NCBI GenBank assembly: GCA_041697335.1
Contig: JBGUGD010000001.1
Span: 1-64,000 of the forward strand
Length of the DNA: 64,000 bases
Direction of reading: 5' to 3'
Origin: Vampirovibrionaceae bacterium NZW_1234
Lineage (GTDB): Bacteria; Cyanobacteriota; Vampirovibrionia; Vampirovibrionales; JAGQHJ01
Shown: one piece after another, positions 9,098-18,961 of the stretch
How positions within the stretch are numbered: position 1 is the stretch's first letter
Layout of the letters: each line of letters starts with the position of its first letter
The notes under the pieces: model-generated
Databases searched by the model: none
What the model was told of the DNA's origin: nothing
What the model saw: only the letters and a program-made list of their open reading frames with translations
Position numbers and translations under genes: made by a program

Positions 9098-10480
9098 ATG
9101 ACATCGAGCAATTATTCTAACGTTTGGACCAGCTTTGCAACCAACAATACTTCCCAAGTCGCTTATAGCGCCAGAGGTTTAGCACGTAACGAATCCCACC
9201 AGCACGTAAGCGGCGATGGGAACAATATTCTGTATCAATTGGCTGATGGTTTCAGTGCGTATAACTTCGGTAATATGTGGATTGGCCGTGATGGCCATAA
9301 CCGCTCCACCCAGATTGCGGTTGCCCGCGCAGGGGATGGAACCAACATCCTGGAGCCGGATCCACGCCACGGCAGCAATATTTCCGAGCAGGTCGTCAGT
9401 GCGACCGGAAATGGGTATAACAGTGCCCGGCACGTCTTAACGGCCAGCGGCACCAACTCGCTGAACCAGACGATTTTTGCCGGTGCCAGTGCCACCAACA
9501 TCGGTAATCAATCCAATGTCTCTGGTGTTAATAATAACAGCCAATTTGCACAAGCCACCCATATTACCCAATTGTCGACCCAGCGGTTGACATCCGGATC
9601 CAATACCATCGTTCAAGAGGGCCGCGGCACAGGCAATACGTATAATAGCGCCAGCCAAAGCAACGCTTATGGATCCAACTCAACCTCGCAATTAGGTACG
9701 GGTACTGTGGTCAGTAACGTCAGTGGCCAGAGCATTATTAGTGGAGCCCAGTCCTTGCTCCAGGTGGGCAACGGTACCGCAGCGGCCTCCAACTACGGTG
9801 TCTTAAGTGCTTCCGGACGTGTTGAAACCAACGCCATTCAGTCTGCAACCAGTGCCAGTGGCAGTTCAACCAACACCCTGGTAGCCAGCCAATCGACGGG
9901 TAATATTACCTCCGATCAGGAATCGTTTGCCAACCGTCAAACCGGTACGGCCACCAACTCGGCCACACTGTATACCAGCGCCGGCAATGTTTCGGCAGAG
10001 CAGATCGGCAGCGGTGCCCGGGTTAATAATGCCATCTCCGTTGTTCCTGCCAATGCCAATGTGCGTACCGAGCAAATCGGTAACGGTCGCTTAAGCGTCG
10101 GGCAGAGTGTCTATGCTGTGACCACCGGTGGCTCCAGCAGTGTCCGCCAGGAAGGTGTCAGCACGGAAGGCACCACAAGCCAGAGTGCAGTTCAGGTGGG
10201 TCTTGGTACCGCTCAAATGTCCGCCTCTCAGCTGGCAAGTGCTGCTTCAACCGCCGCAAACTCCTTGTCCCAGTCGGGTGGCGTTCGGATTAACAACGAG
10301 CAAATCGCCCTGTCCCAGGGTGCCAGCGCTTCCAATACATTAAGTGCATCCGGTGCCCGTGAAATCTCCTCAACCCAGGTGGCTGCCACACAAGCCGCTC
10401 GTGGCAATGCAACAAACGTGGCCACCCTTTCCACCAGTGGGAACATCACCATTGCTCAAGTCGCCGAAGAAGGCGTTTAA
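9098..10480 (+). CDS. Ser/Asn/Gln-rich repeat protein, probable paralog of 7663..8673
   Basis: Same G-x-N-x-x-x-Q repeat framework and similar MTS.N..N start. RBS AAGGAG. Confidence 0.8.
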   Translation: MTSSNYSNVWTSFATNNTSQVAYSARGLARNESHQHVSGDGNNILYQLADGFSAYNFGNMWIGRDGHNRSTQIAVARAGDGTNILEPDPRHGSNISEQVVSATGNGYNSARHVLTASGTNSLNQTIFAGASATNIGNQSNVSGVNNNSQFAQATHITQLSTQRLTSGSNTIVQEGRGTGNTYNSASQSNAYGSNSTSQLGTGTVVSNVSGQSIISGAQSLLQVGNGTAAASNYGVLSASGRVETNAIQSATSASGSSTNTLVASQSTGNITSDQESFANRQTGTATNSATLYTSAGNVSAEQIGSGARVNNAISVVPANANVRTEQIGNGRLSVGQSVYAVTTGGSSSVRQEGVSTEGTTSQSAVQVGLGTAQMSASQLASAASTAANSLSQSGGVRINNEQIALSQGASASNTLSASGAREISSTQVAATQAARGNATNVATLSTSGNITIAQVAEEGV

Positions 10481-10512
10481 TTCTCAACAATCTTTCTCTA
10501 TCCTACACCGTA

Positions 10513-10545
10513 AAAACTGCTGCCCCTTGGGGCGGCAGTTTCTTT
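10513..10545 (+). terminator. Intrinsic (possibly bidirectional) terminator
   Basis: AAACTGCTGCCCC-TT-GGGGCGGCAGTTT followed by CTTT. Confidence 0.75.
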
Positions 10546-10573
10546 GTCAGCGGGCATTGCAATCCAGGCGGAA

Positions 10574-10822
10574 TTAAATCGGGTTTTCCTGTTCTTTGGG
10601 ATAATGGTATTGCCAGGACTTAATGGCTTCACAGCCACTGCAGACGGCAAACTGATTCATGAACATCAGATCCGCGACGAATTCCTTGTCGTTGACTTTG
10701 ACAATGACATCCTTGTTGTCGTTGGTGTAGATGTCCACGGCACCTTGGAAGGACGGCTGCAACATAAGTTTAAATTGTGTTGAGCCGCACTCCTGGCATT
10801 TAAACATGGATTGCATAACCAT
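10574..10822 (-). CDS. Small zinc-ribbon protein
   Basis: CQEC...CSGC pair. Start set at an internal ATG. Confidence 0.65.
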   Translation of the reverse strand: MVMQSMFKCQECGSTQFKLMLQPSFQGAVDIYTNDNKDVIVKVNDKEFVADLMFMNQFAVCSGCEAIKSWQYHYPKEQENPI

Positions 10823-11287
10823 ATTGGACCCTATGAAATCTTGATAAATCGTACCCATAACCCATAACCTAATTAACCCATACTCACTCAAAAAACATGT
10901 GTTCTGCCGCGATTCTACCTGAAGCAAAATCAGCATGCCAGTCTTATTGCAAAATCTCCCATTTTAAGATGAAGACGACTATATATAAGGAAGGGGACTT
11001 GAAATTTGGATCACGGAATCCATGCCAGGAATATCCCCCAGGTGACTAGTATTTGTGTTGCAGATGTCGGTTATTCCTCGATTTATAACGTTTTCTTCAC
11101 GATTGGGGGCATCATGTTTTGATGCCATGGTGTTTACAGGGTATAATCCGCGTAACATCCAAGGTCGGTAGACCAACATATGGATGCCAATTCTAAGGCA
11201 TTGGTTTTGGATAACAGGTGTTGGGATAGAGACGCAAAACGTATCCATTGAGACATCTTGTGGGTCGCATATAAAAGGAGAGCGAGC

Positions 11288-12001
11288 ATGCTGGAACAGC
11301 AGGTCAAATCAAAAACAATTCGGGTCCTTATTGTTGAGGATTATAAACTCACGCGTATGGGGTTGCGTTCCGCATTGAAAGCCGATGATCAAATTGAAGT
11401 GGTGGGTGAAGCCGATACGGGTGAGAGCGGGTTTCTCCAGGCCCAACAGTTGAAACCGGATGTTGTCTTGATGGATTTGGGGCTGCCTGGAATTAACGGC
11501 GTGGAAGCAACTCACCAGATCAAGCGCTTTGACGAGAATATTAAAGTGATTGTTTACACCTCCCACGAGCGAGAGGAAGAGGTGATTGCCGCATTAGGTG
11601 CCGGGGCCAATGCCTATTGCCTGAAAGACAACACACCGACGAACCTGATTGATACCATTAAAGTGGTCTCCGAAGGCGCGGCCTGGCTGGATCCGGCCAT
11701 TGCCAATGTGGCGTTGAAGATCTTTCAACGGACTGTTGCACCGCCCTTAACATCGCCTGATTCCGGAGCAACGGCTTCGTCCAAAACGGCCACCGTGTCC
11801 TCGGAAGTCACGCAACTGACGGAACGTGAACTTGAAGTCCTGAAGCTGTTGGTTGATGGGAAAAGCAATACCGAGATTGCCAAAGAATTGATCATTAGTG
11901 TTCATACGGCAAAGGCCCATGTGTGCAATATTTTGCAAAAACTCTCTGTGAATGATCGGGTACAGGCTGCGGTGAAGGCCATTAAAGAAGGTATTCTCTA
12001 A
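11288..12001 (+). CDS. NarL/FixJ-family response regulator (REC + LuxR HTH)
   Basis: [14 protein letters not shown] phospho-acceptor Asp, [22 protein letters not shown]...[19 protein letters not shown]. Confidence 0.95.
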   Translation: MLEQQVKSKTIRVLIVEDYKLTRMGLRSALKADDQIEVVGEADTGESGFLQAQQLKPDVVLMDLGLPGINGVEATHQIKRFDENIKVIVYTSHEREEEVIAALGAGANAYCLKDNTPTNLIDTIKVVSEGAAWLDPAIANVALKIFQRTVAPPLTSPDSGATASSKTATVSSEVTQLTERELEVLKLLVDGKSNTEIAKELIISVHTAKAHVCNILQKLSVNDRVQAAVKAIKEGIL

Positions 12002-12032
12002 GCTTTTTTAAGCATTTTTACCAAAACTCAGT

Positions 12033-12066
12033 ATCGAGGTCCCTTTTCTTGGGGCCTCGATTCTTG
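12033..12066 (+). terminator. Probable terminator
   Basis: ATCGAGGTCCC/GGGGCCTCGAT hairpin after the regulator stop. Confidence 0.55.
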
Positions 12067-12206
12067 CTTGTGTATCCATTTCTCTCGCAGTTGCTTCCAA
12101 TTCGCGAGGGGGGAGGCACTCCTGAATAGAGACAAATCATAAGTAAATGATTAAAAATTGTTGTTACATTTATATACATTCTATCTAAAATAAAACAAGC
12201 AATGTT

Positions 12207-12222
12207 TTTATGCATACAAGAG
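12207..12222 (+). promoter_or_regulatory. Conserved upstream motif, copy 3
   Basis: TTTATGCATACAAGAG, 13/16 identical to copies 1 and 2. Confidence 0.5.
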
Positions 12223-12277
12223 TAGAAGATATGGAAGCTTGGGCTTCCGAGAGAAAGAAGAAGTAAGGAGAACACGA

Positions 12278-13999
12278 ATGCTTCAGAGACTTACCTTCAA
12301 CCCGACCTTCCGGCTGGCGTCGGATACCAATGGTCGAACTGCGTCCAACTTTGTGAGTACCAATGCTGGTGGAAATATTCTTCAAGCAAGCGCAAGCCGT
12401 ACCGGTCTTGCCGGTAACTTTGCCTTTGCTGTTCTGAACAACGGCACCTTGAATGTCGGTCAGTCCTCTACGGGTACCAACTACCTGGAAGGCACGTTGA
12501 ACCGCAGTGCCTTGAACTTTGGACAGGAAAGCGGCGTTGCAAACGCATTTGCCATCAGCGCAAGCAATGGCAGCTTTGTGAACGGTCAGCTGATTACTTC
12601 GGGTAATACCGCTGGTTCCTTGAGCTTGACGGGTGGTAGCGCCGGTGTTATCGGTTCTATTGCAGGTGGCAACACCTACATTGAATTGACCGCTAACAAT
12701 GGTAGCGCCGGTACCGTTAATGCCGCAGGTTTAGGCCAGACCGATTTGGTTGGTGTGGCTAACAATGGCTCCGCCGTTGCCGTCAACGGTTCGGGCACAG
12801 TTGCCAACACTGCAGTGGCTGCTAACAATGGCAGTATCGCTGCCGGTAGCGCATCGGGTATCATTGCCAACGTTGCTGCTCAAGCAACCAACGCCAGTGT
12901 CGCTGCTGTTCAAGCCAACGGTGTCATTGCTCAAGGTAGTGCATCTGCTAGCTCCGGTAGCTCTGCGTCGGCTCAAGCCAACGGTGTTGCTGTTGCTTCT
13001 GCCAATGCTACGGCGACCAACAGCTCTAGCGCTGCTGCTGAAGCCAACAGTGCTGGCACCGCTGTAGCAACCGCTTCTGCAACCAATAACAGTACTGCTT
13101 CCGCTTCGGCAAACGCCGGTGGTACGGCTGTGGCTGCTGCCTCCGCCGACAATGGTAGCGGTGCTTCTGCAACCGCTGTAGGCGGTCAGCAAGCTGGTGC
13201 CGCTGTTGTGGCTAACAATGGCAGCGTCGGAACGGCAACTGCTGTTTCCGGTGGAACCGCTGAAGTTTCTGGAACCGCTACCAATGGCAGCGCTGTACAA
13301 ACCGTTGCAGCCGGTCAGAATACCGAAACCACGGTTGTAGCCAACAATAACAGTGTTGCAACCAGCACCGCTATCGCTACCGACACGAACGAAGCCGCTG
13401 TTGTTGCTAACAATAACAGTGTGGCCACCACCACTCAGGTTGCTGGCAATGAAAACGTCGCTGTCGCTGCAGCTACCAATGGCAGTGTTGTCGTGGTTGA
13501 GCAAGCCACCGTGGGTAACCAAACCACCGACAACAACACCGCTGTTGTATCTAATGACAATACCTCTGCCGCTTCAGTCACCCAAGCCGGTGGCGGAACC
13601 AACACCGTCGCTGCTCAGAACAATGGCGGTGCCGTTGTGGCTCAGCAGTCCGGTAACAGCAACAATGCTCAAGTTGAGAACAACGGTGGCGTGGCTGCTG
13701 TGTCTCAATCCGGTAACGTGAACACCACCCGTGTTGAGAACAATAGCAACGGAACCGCTGCGGTGTCTCAGCAAGGTGATGCCAACGGTGGATTTGTGAA
13801 CCTGACCCACGTGACCAACAACAATGGTCAGGCTGCTGTCTCCCAGACGGGCGCTGTCGTCAACATCGTTGTGGCTGACAATGCTCAGAATGGTAACAAC
13901 GGTCAGCTGGTTGTGTCCCAAGGCGGACAATCCGGGTTCAACTTCGTCTTCAATACCAGTGGCAACAATGGCACCATTAGCCAATCTGCTCAAGGCTAA
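12278..13999 (+). CDS. Ala/Asn/Gly-rich beta-strand repeat protein with curlin-like C-terminus
   Basis: ~21-22 aa repeats A-[NT]-N-[GN]-S-x-A; C-terminal Q-S-G-N-x-N units. RBS AAGGAG. Confidence 0.85.
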   Translation: MLQRLTFNPTFRLASDTNGRTASNFVSTNAGGNILQASASRTGLAGNFAFAVLNNGTLNVGQSSTGTNYLEGTLNRSALNFGQESGVANAFAISASNGSFVNGQLITSGNTAGSLSLTGGSAGVIGSIAGGNTYIELTANNGSAGTVNAAGLGQTDLVGVANNGSAVAVNGSGTVANTAVAANNGSIAAGSASGIIANVAAQATNASVAAVQANGVIAQGSASASSGSSASAQANGVAVASANATATNSSSAAAEANSAGTAVATASATNNSTASASANAGGTAVAAASADNGSGASATAVGGQQAGAAVVANNGSVGTATAVSGGTAEVSGTATNGSAVQTVAAGQNTETTVVANNNSVATSTAIATDTNEAAVVANNNSVATTTQVAGNENVAVAAATNGSVVVVEQATVGNQTTDNNTAVVSNDNTSAASVTQAGGGTNTVAAQNNGGAVVAQQSGNSNNAQVENNGGVAAVSQSGNVNTTRVENNSNGTAAVSQQGDANGGFVNLTHVTNNNGQAAVSQTGAVVNIVVADNAQNGNNGQLVVSQGGQSGFNFVFNTSGNNGTISQSAQG

Positions 14000-14022
14000 T
14001 TGAACCACTCGTATTAAATTCT

Positions 14023-14066
14023 ACCGACTCCCAGCCGAACAATCGGGTGGGAGTTGGTGCTTTTTT
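14023..14066 (+). terminator. Intrinsic terminator
   Basis: ACCGACTCCCAGCCGA...TCGGGTGGGAGTTGGT stem plus T-tract. Confidence 0.7.
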
Positions 14067-14138
14067 GGCCATGGTCGGCTATCTTTCTGGTAGCATAGAA
14101 ACGTTGATCGATCGCCCCAAGCCAGAGGAGTCTCATCC

Positions 14139-14801
14139 ATGACAGCCCCACAAACTTTTTCCGCCGTAACGGTGTGCCAGCATCCCTTGCTTCAGCATAA
14201 CCTTGCCATTTTGCGAGATACAAACACCTCCCACGAGCAGTTTCGAAACACCGTGCGCCGGGTGTCCCAGTTTATCCTGACAGAAGCCACACAGGACCTT
14301 CCTTTGTCCAAGGCCTTTGTGGACACCCCCTTGTCCAAGGCTGAAGCCAAAGTGCTCTCGTCGGAAGTGCCGATTCTGATTACCCCCATCTTGCGGGCCG
14401 GACTGATGATGAGTGATGTGGCCATGGATTTGATTCCCTCAGCCAGTGTCTATCATGTGGGCTTGTATCGGGATGAAGAGACGTTGAAACCGATTACCTA
14501 CTATAACAAACTGCCTTCGACCATCGATTACAGCAACGCCCGGATCTTTATCCTGGACCCGATGCTGGCCACCGGGGGCTCTGCACTGGCGGCGATTGAA
14601 ATCATCAGCAAGCTGGGCGTTCAGGAGAAAAACATTACCTTTGTCAGTATTATCTCGGCCCCGGAAGGGATCCAGAATCTGACGAAGCAGTATCCGGCGG
14701 TCAAAATCTATACCGGATCGGTGGACGAGCGGTTGAACGACAAAGCCTATATTGTTCCGGGGCTGGGTGATGCCGGGGACCGGATGTTTGGAACGGTTTA
14801 G
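14139..14801 (+). CDS. upp: Uracil phosphoribosyltransferase
   Basis: PILRAG, DPMLATGGS, YIVPGLGDAGDR motifs. Confidence 0.97.
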   Translation: MTAPQTFSAVTVCQHPLLQHNLAILRDTNTSHEQFRNTVRRVSQFILTEATQDLPLSKAFVDTPLSKAEAKVLSSEVPILITPILRAGLMMSDVAMDLIPSASVYHVGLYRDEETLKPITYYNKLPSTIDYSNARIFILDPMLATGGSALAAIEIISKLGVQEKNITFVSIISAPEGIQNLTKQYPAVKIYTGSVDERLNDKAYIVPGLGDAGDRMFGTV

Positions 14802-14809
14802 GAGAGTCT

Positions 14810-15142
14810 ATGACAACCGCCTCGCTTTTATCTGACGATGAGATTCGGCAGGCACTTAGCGCGCTGCCGCAGTGGACCTATGAGAACAATGCATTGGTCC
14901 GGTCGGAAGCCTTTCCCAACTTTTTACGGGGCATCGAGTTCGTCAATGCTGTGGCTCACTTGGCCGAGCGCCAGGATCATCATCCCGATCTGGACATTCG
15001 CTACACCCGGGTGACGGTGAGGTACTGGACACATACGGCCCAAGGAGTGACGCCATTGGATGTTGCCGGTGCCACAGAAACGGAAAAGCTGGTGGCTCAT
15101 TTTAAAAAGCCCCCGGCATTGCTTAACGATACCGTGCTATAA
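14810..15142 (+). CDS. phhB: Pterin-4-alpha-carbinolamine dehydratase
   Basis: AERQDHHPDL...WTH...GVTPLD motif. Confidence 0.9.
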   Translation: MTTASLLSDDEIRQALSALPQWTYENNALVRSEAFPNFLRGIEFVNAVAHLAERQDHHPDLDIRYTRVTVRYWTHTAQGVTPLDVAGATETEKLVAHFKKPPALLNDTVL

Positions 15143-15763
15143 GCCTTTTTTCTGTCGAAGGGCAATAACCGCATCCTGAATGGCTTGCTTTCGCTGCCGA
15201 GCCAAGGCTCGGGCGGAATGGCACAGCTGCTTAAACTCGGCAAAGGACACCCGGTCTCCCAGATGAGTGGATGCCTGAAGCTGTTTGGATGCCCGCAATG
15301 GCCCAGCCATGGCTGTTGAGACGAGCCTGTTCTGAAGATAGTCCTGAACCGGCTTGGGAGTAAACCCGGCCAGCAACGGGATGCGCGTGGTTGCCAGGGA
15401 AACCCCGTCGTAAAAGGCGGTTTGTACGATTCCTTTCAGGAGTCGGCTCTTTTGTTCCTGGGGAAGATTCAGACGCTTTGCCATATGAAAGGCCAGTGCA
15501 AATTGTTTCGGAGTGGTTTTCAGGCCGGGGGGTGCCAAAAAACTGCTGTAAAAACAATTCCAGCCTCGAGGCTCGTTCCCGCTGGCCTGAAAATAGACGG
15601 TATCGTTCTGATCCAGCAGGGGCTGATACTTGGTTTTATCTCGGTGGGTCAATTTCAGGGTGATAAACTCCGACGGGGGGAGGATGACGTGATTTTCCAA
15701 ATGGGACACATCGAGATACTGAATGGCCCGAAAGCGGGGCGCAATTGCTGGAAGATGCTGCAT
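15137..15763 (-). CDS. Hypothetical protein
   Basis: 208-aa ORF with N-terminal APRFRA. No family recognised. Confidence 0.6.
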   Translation of the reverse strand: MQHLPAIAPRFRAIQYLDVSHLENHVILPPSEFITLKLTHRDKTKYQPLLDQNDTVYFQASGNEPRGWNCFYSSFLAPPGLKTTPKQFALAFHMAKRLNLPQEQKSRLLKGIVQTAFYDGVSLATTRIPLLAGFTPKPVQDYLQNRLVSTAMAGPLRASKQLQASTHLGDRVSFAEFKQLCHSARALARQRKQAIQDAVIALRQKKGL

Positions 15764-15872
15764 GGCATAAGGCTCCGAATCCCTGACTCACTGCTGTGAT
15801 TGAAGGGCAAAGGTGTCTTCAATGCAAGCGCGGGATTCCATTGCAAGCGTTTGGGCTTTTGATGAGCCCGTC

Positions 15873-16421
15873 CTATTTTTGAGTCTGGTTTACCGGGTTC
15901 AGCACATGGCTTTGCACGGGGAGCAACGTAATATGGGGCACGCTGGTGCGGGACATGGAAAGCCAAATCACGTCATAGCCTTCTTTATTGGGGCCTTTGC
16001 CGCCGTTTCGATCCAGACACAATTTGAGCGAAGGGCTGACCCATTGCTCGGGAATACCGGTCAATGCCGATTGATCCACCCGGAGAATAATCCAATCGTT
16101 GGCATTAATGGGACACCCGCCCAAGCGGATGTTACCATCGGTTTGCGTAATATCGGGCATTAAGGCCGCATCGTCCTTTTTGCCCACGATGGCCGTGTTT
16201 TTCGCCGACTTAAAAAACTGAGGCAGGTTAAGACCCGCTGGGACGATGCCGCCTGACGTCCCTTGCCTCCCCAGTTCGGCTTCCAGGTCGTTGATAATCA
16301 GTGACGTTTGTCCCAAAACCGCTTCTGCGGGTGCATGCCCGGTGGTTTGGTTGAACGCCAGGTACATGATAATCAATGCCATCAACGACACGTCTAAAAT
16401 GGTGTCAGAACGCAGGTTCAC
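15873..16421 (-). CDS. Pilin-like protein with N-terminal TM helix
   Basis: Hydrophobic N-terminal helix and C-terminal LDRNGGKGPNKEGYD motif. Confidence 0.55.
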   Translation of the reverse strand: MNLRSDTILDVSLMALIIMYLAFNQTTGHAPAEAVLGQTSLIINDLEAELGRQGTSGGIVPAGLNLPQFFKSAKNTAIVGKKDDAALMPDITQTDGNIRLGGCPINANDWIILRVDQSALTGIPEQWVSPSLKLCLDRNGGKGPNKEGYDVIWLSMSRTSVPHITLLPVQSHVLNPVNQTQK

Positions 16422-16498
16422 AGCCAGGACCTAATTAGGGCGGATACTAACAGGATCATCGTCCAATTCAGAGAGAGCTTGAGCATTCAAGGCCCGGA

Positions 16499-17836
16499 TT
16501 ACGCAGGCGAGGGGACGGGGGTATTCAGCCAGCGGTGAATGGTGGTTTGAATGCGCTGAACGATTTCGCTTTCGGACACCTGGAGCAGTTGATTGTCCAT
16601 CATAACGCAACGGCCTGCCACAAATGCGGCCACCAGGGCGGAGGGTTGGGCAGAATACACGATATTTTTGCCAAAATGCCCTTTGGGCTGCATGGAGAGG
16701 TCGTTTAAATTCACCACCACAAAGTCTGCGGCATAGCCCGGGGCCAGTCGACCAATGGGCAGGCCTAAGGTCGTGCCGCCGTTCAGGGTCCCCATCAAAA
16801 AGGCCTCTTCGGCCTTGGATTGGGTGGCATCACAGAAGCGGACCTTTTGCAGCAGATTGGTCATGCGCATCTCCTCGATAATCGAGGCCCGATTGTTGCT
16901 GCATCCCCCATCGGTGCCCAGGGAAATGCAGACGCCTGCATCCACCATCTCCCGGATTCGGGTGATGCCATCGCCCAGGAACATGTTGCTCGACGGGTTA
17001 TAGGAGAGCTTACTCTGACGTTGGGCCATCATCTGAATTTCGTCATCATCCAGCCAGACACAATGAATACCCACCAGCCTCGGGTTTAAAATGCCCCGAG
17101 CGTCCAGAAAGCGAATGGGAGACAAGCCGTGCTTTTCTTCCATCATCTGACGCTCATACTGGCCTTCGGCAATGTGCATATGAAACAGCGTGTCATGCTT
17201 TTCGGCCAGGGCGGCGCCTGCTTCAATCATCTCGATACTGGCCCCATGGAGGCTATGGGGGGCCGGGAGAACCGACACCATGGGGTCGTCCTTGAACTCG
17301 GCCATCAGGGCTTCCGTGTTTTCAACGGCCTGGTCCACGGTCTCACGATACCGGGTGGGGGCACCGTCCCAATCGTACATGGTTCGGGCCATCACCACGC
17401 GCATGCCCAGGTCCTTGGCGGCCTGGATAATGAGTCGGGCGTTGTGATTGGCCTGGTCGTTAATGTAGAAGAAATCGCAAACGGTGGTAATGCCGTTTTT
17501 GAGCATCTCACCAAAGGCAAAGAGTGCCCCATGGTATATGTCATCCGCGGTCATGATGCGAGAGAACTTGTACAGCGCCTGATCCCGCCAGGTAAAGAAG
17601 TCGGCATCGTCACAGAACCCTTTGAGCAAGGATTGAAAGGAGTGGTTGTGGGTATTGACGAAGCCGGGAATGATGGCGGCATTGGCAAAGCCTCGTACAT
17701 TTCGGCATTCTCTGGGATCCAGGGTGCTTAACGGCTTTATCTCAACGATGATGCCGTCCTCGACAGCCAGGTAATGGTCTTCCAGGGTTTGATTTTCTGT
17801 GTATAGAAAGTCGGCGGAGTAGTACTGGCGCGTCAT
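16499..17836 (-). CDS. Amidohydrolase (Atz/Trz/MtaD-like deaminase family)
   Basis: PGFVNTHNH, HMHIAE, GIHCVW, LGTDG. Its ATG overlaps the upstream stop (ATGA). Confidence 0.9.
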   Translation of the reverse strand: MTRQYYSADFLYTENQTLEDHYLAVEDGIIVEIKPLSTLDPRECRNVRGFANAAIIPGFVNTHNHSFQSLLKGFCDDADFFTWRDQALYKFSRIMTADDIYHGALFAFGEMLKNGITTVCDFFYINDQANHNARLIIQAAKDLGMRVVMARTMYDWDGAPTRYRETVDQAVENTEALMAEFKDDPMVSVLPAPHSLHGASIEMIEAGAALAEKHDTLFHMHIAEGQYERQMMEEKHGLSPIRFLDARGILNPRLVGIHCVWLDDDEIQMMAQRQSKLSYNPSSNMFLGDGITRIREMVDAGVCISLGTDGGCSNNRASIIEEMRMTNLLQKVRFCDATQSKAEEAFLMGTLNGGTTLGLPIGRLAPGYAADFVVVNLNDLSMQPKGHFGKNIVYSAQPSALVAAFVAGRCVMMDNQLLQVSESEIVQRIQTTIHRWLNTPVPSPA

Positions 17837-18900
17837 TTTGCGGAGACCCCAACGGCCCGTTTGCGAATGCCGAGCCCCGGTGTGGCGGGTAGGGACAGTT
17901 GATTGGCGTTCCAACGCACCCCTTCAATGGGGTCTTCGGCCAGAAGCAGGCCGCCATCCAGATCCAGATAGTCGACCAGGGGGGCCAGGTGAGCAAAAGC
18001 CGTGATCGAGAGCGAGGTTTCAACAAAGCATCCCAACATAATGCTAAGGTTATGGGCCCGGGCTGCATGGATCATCCGAAGGGCCTCGGTCAGGCCGCCT
18101 GTTTTGGTGAGCTTCAGGTTGATGCCGTCCATCCACTGCGCCACAAGGGGGACATCGGTGAGAGTGTGCACGCTTTCATCCGCCAACAGGGGCAAGGGGG
18201 AGGATTCTTTGACCCGAATCCGCTCCGGAATCGGGATATCCAGCTGAAGCGGCTCTTCAACAAACTCGACCCCGAAGTCTTTGAGAATGGGGAACATGGC
18301 AATGGCATCATCCGGCAGCCAGGCCGCATTGGCATCTACCCGGATGGTGGTTGTTTCCGGAACCAGCGACTTGATGATTTCCAGGGTCTTCAGGTCTTCC
18401 GGGCCCCCGACTTTGACTTTCAAGATATCGTAGCCACGGGATAAGGCCACTTCGGTTTTGTGTTTGATGAGATCGGGGTCGGCAATCCCAATGGTATAGG
18501 AGGAGCGGGGGATTTGTGTCGGATCCAGCCCCCACAACCGGTACAGCGGCTGGCCGGTGACTTGGCCCAACAAATCATAGAGGGCCATTTCAATTGCAGC
18601 CTTGGCTGGCATAAAGCCGGGAAACTGACGCATGGTGGCATTAAATTTCTGGATGTCATAGGGCGTCAGGGGCAAGAGTAAATTTTCGTCCTGGATCCAT
18701 TCCAGAAATTCCAGAATGGATTGCTGGGTGGAACCATAAAACTCGCACGGTACGGCTTCTCCCAAACCAGTGTAGGTTTTCCCGTTTTCCGAATAGGTTA
18801 ACTCCACAAACACGTGGCGTGCCACGGACTGGGTCCCTCGGGAAATGGTAAAATCGAACTCACACGGCAATTCCACTGGGTAAAACGAAAACTGGTCCAT
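17833..18900 (-). CDS. Dipeptide epimerase / enolase-superfamily racemase (DgcA/YkfB-like)
   Basis: LKVKVG, RVDANAAW, VEEP, ADES, INLKLTKTGG, DLDG. Confidence 0.9.
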   Translation of the reverse strand: MDQFSFYPVELPCEFDFTISRGTQSVARHVFVELTYSENGKTYTGLGEAVPCEFYGSTQQSILEFLEWIQDENLLLPLTPYDIQKFNATMRQFPGFMPAKAAIEMALYDLLGQVTGQPLYRLWGLDPTQIPRSSYTIGIADPDLIKHKTEVALSRGYDILKVKVGGPEDLKTLEIIKSLVPETTTIRVDANAAWLPDDAIAMFPILKDFGVEFVEEPLQLDIPIPERIRVKESSPLPLLADESVHTLTDVPLVAQWMDGINLKLTKTGGLTEALRMIHAARAHNLSIMLGCFVETSLSITAFAHLAPLVDYLDLDGGLLLAEDPIEGVRWNANQLSLPATPGLGIRKRAVGVSAK

Positions 18901-18961
18901 TGGCGGGCTCCCCTATCCTGGTTGATGCACAGCTTTGATTTTAGCAAAAAACGGGGAGGGA

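Noticed and set aside
7732..14008. Long antisense ORFs over the repeat genes (7732..8682, 12731..13522, 13574..14008)
   Set aside because: Shadow frames from biased codon use. The plus-strand genes have RBSs and terminators.
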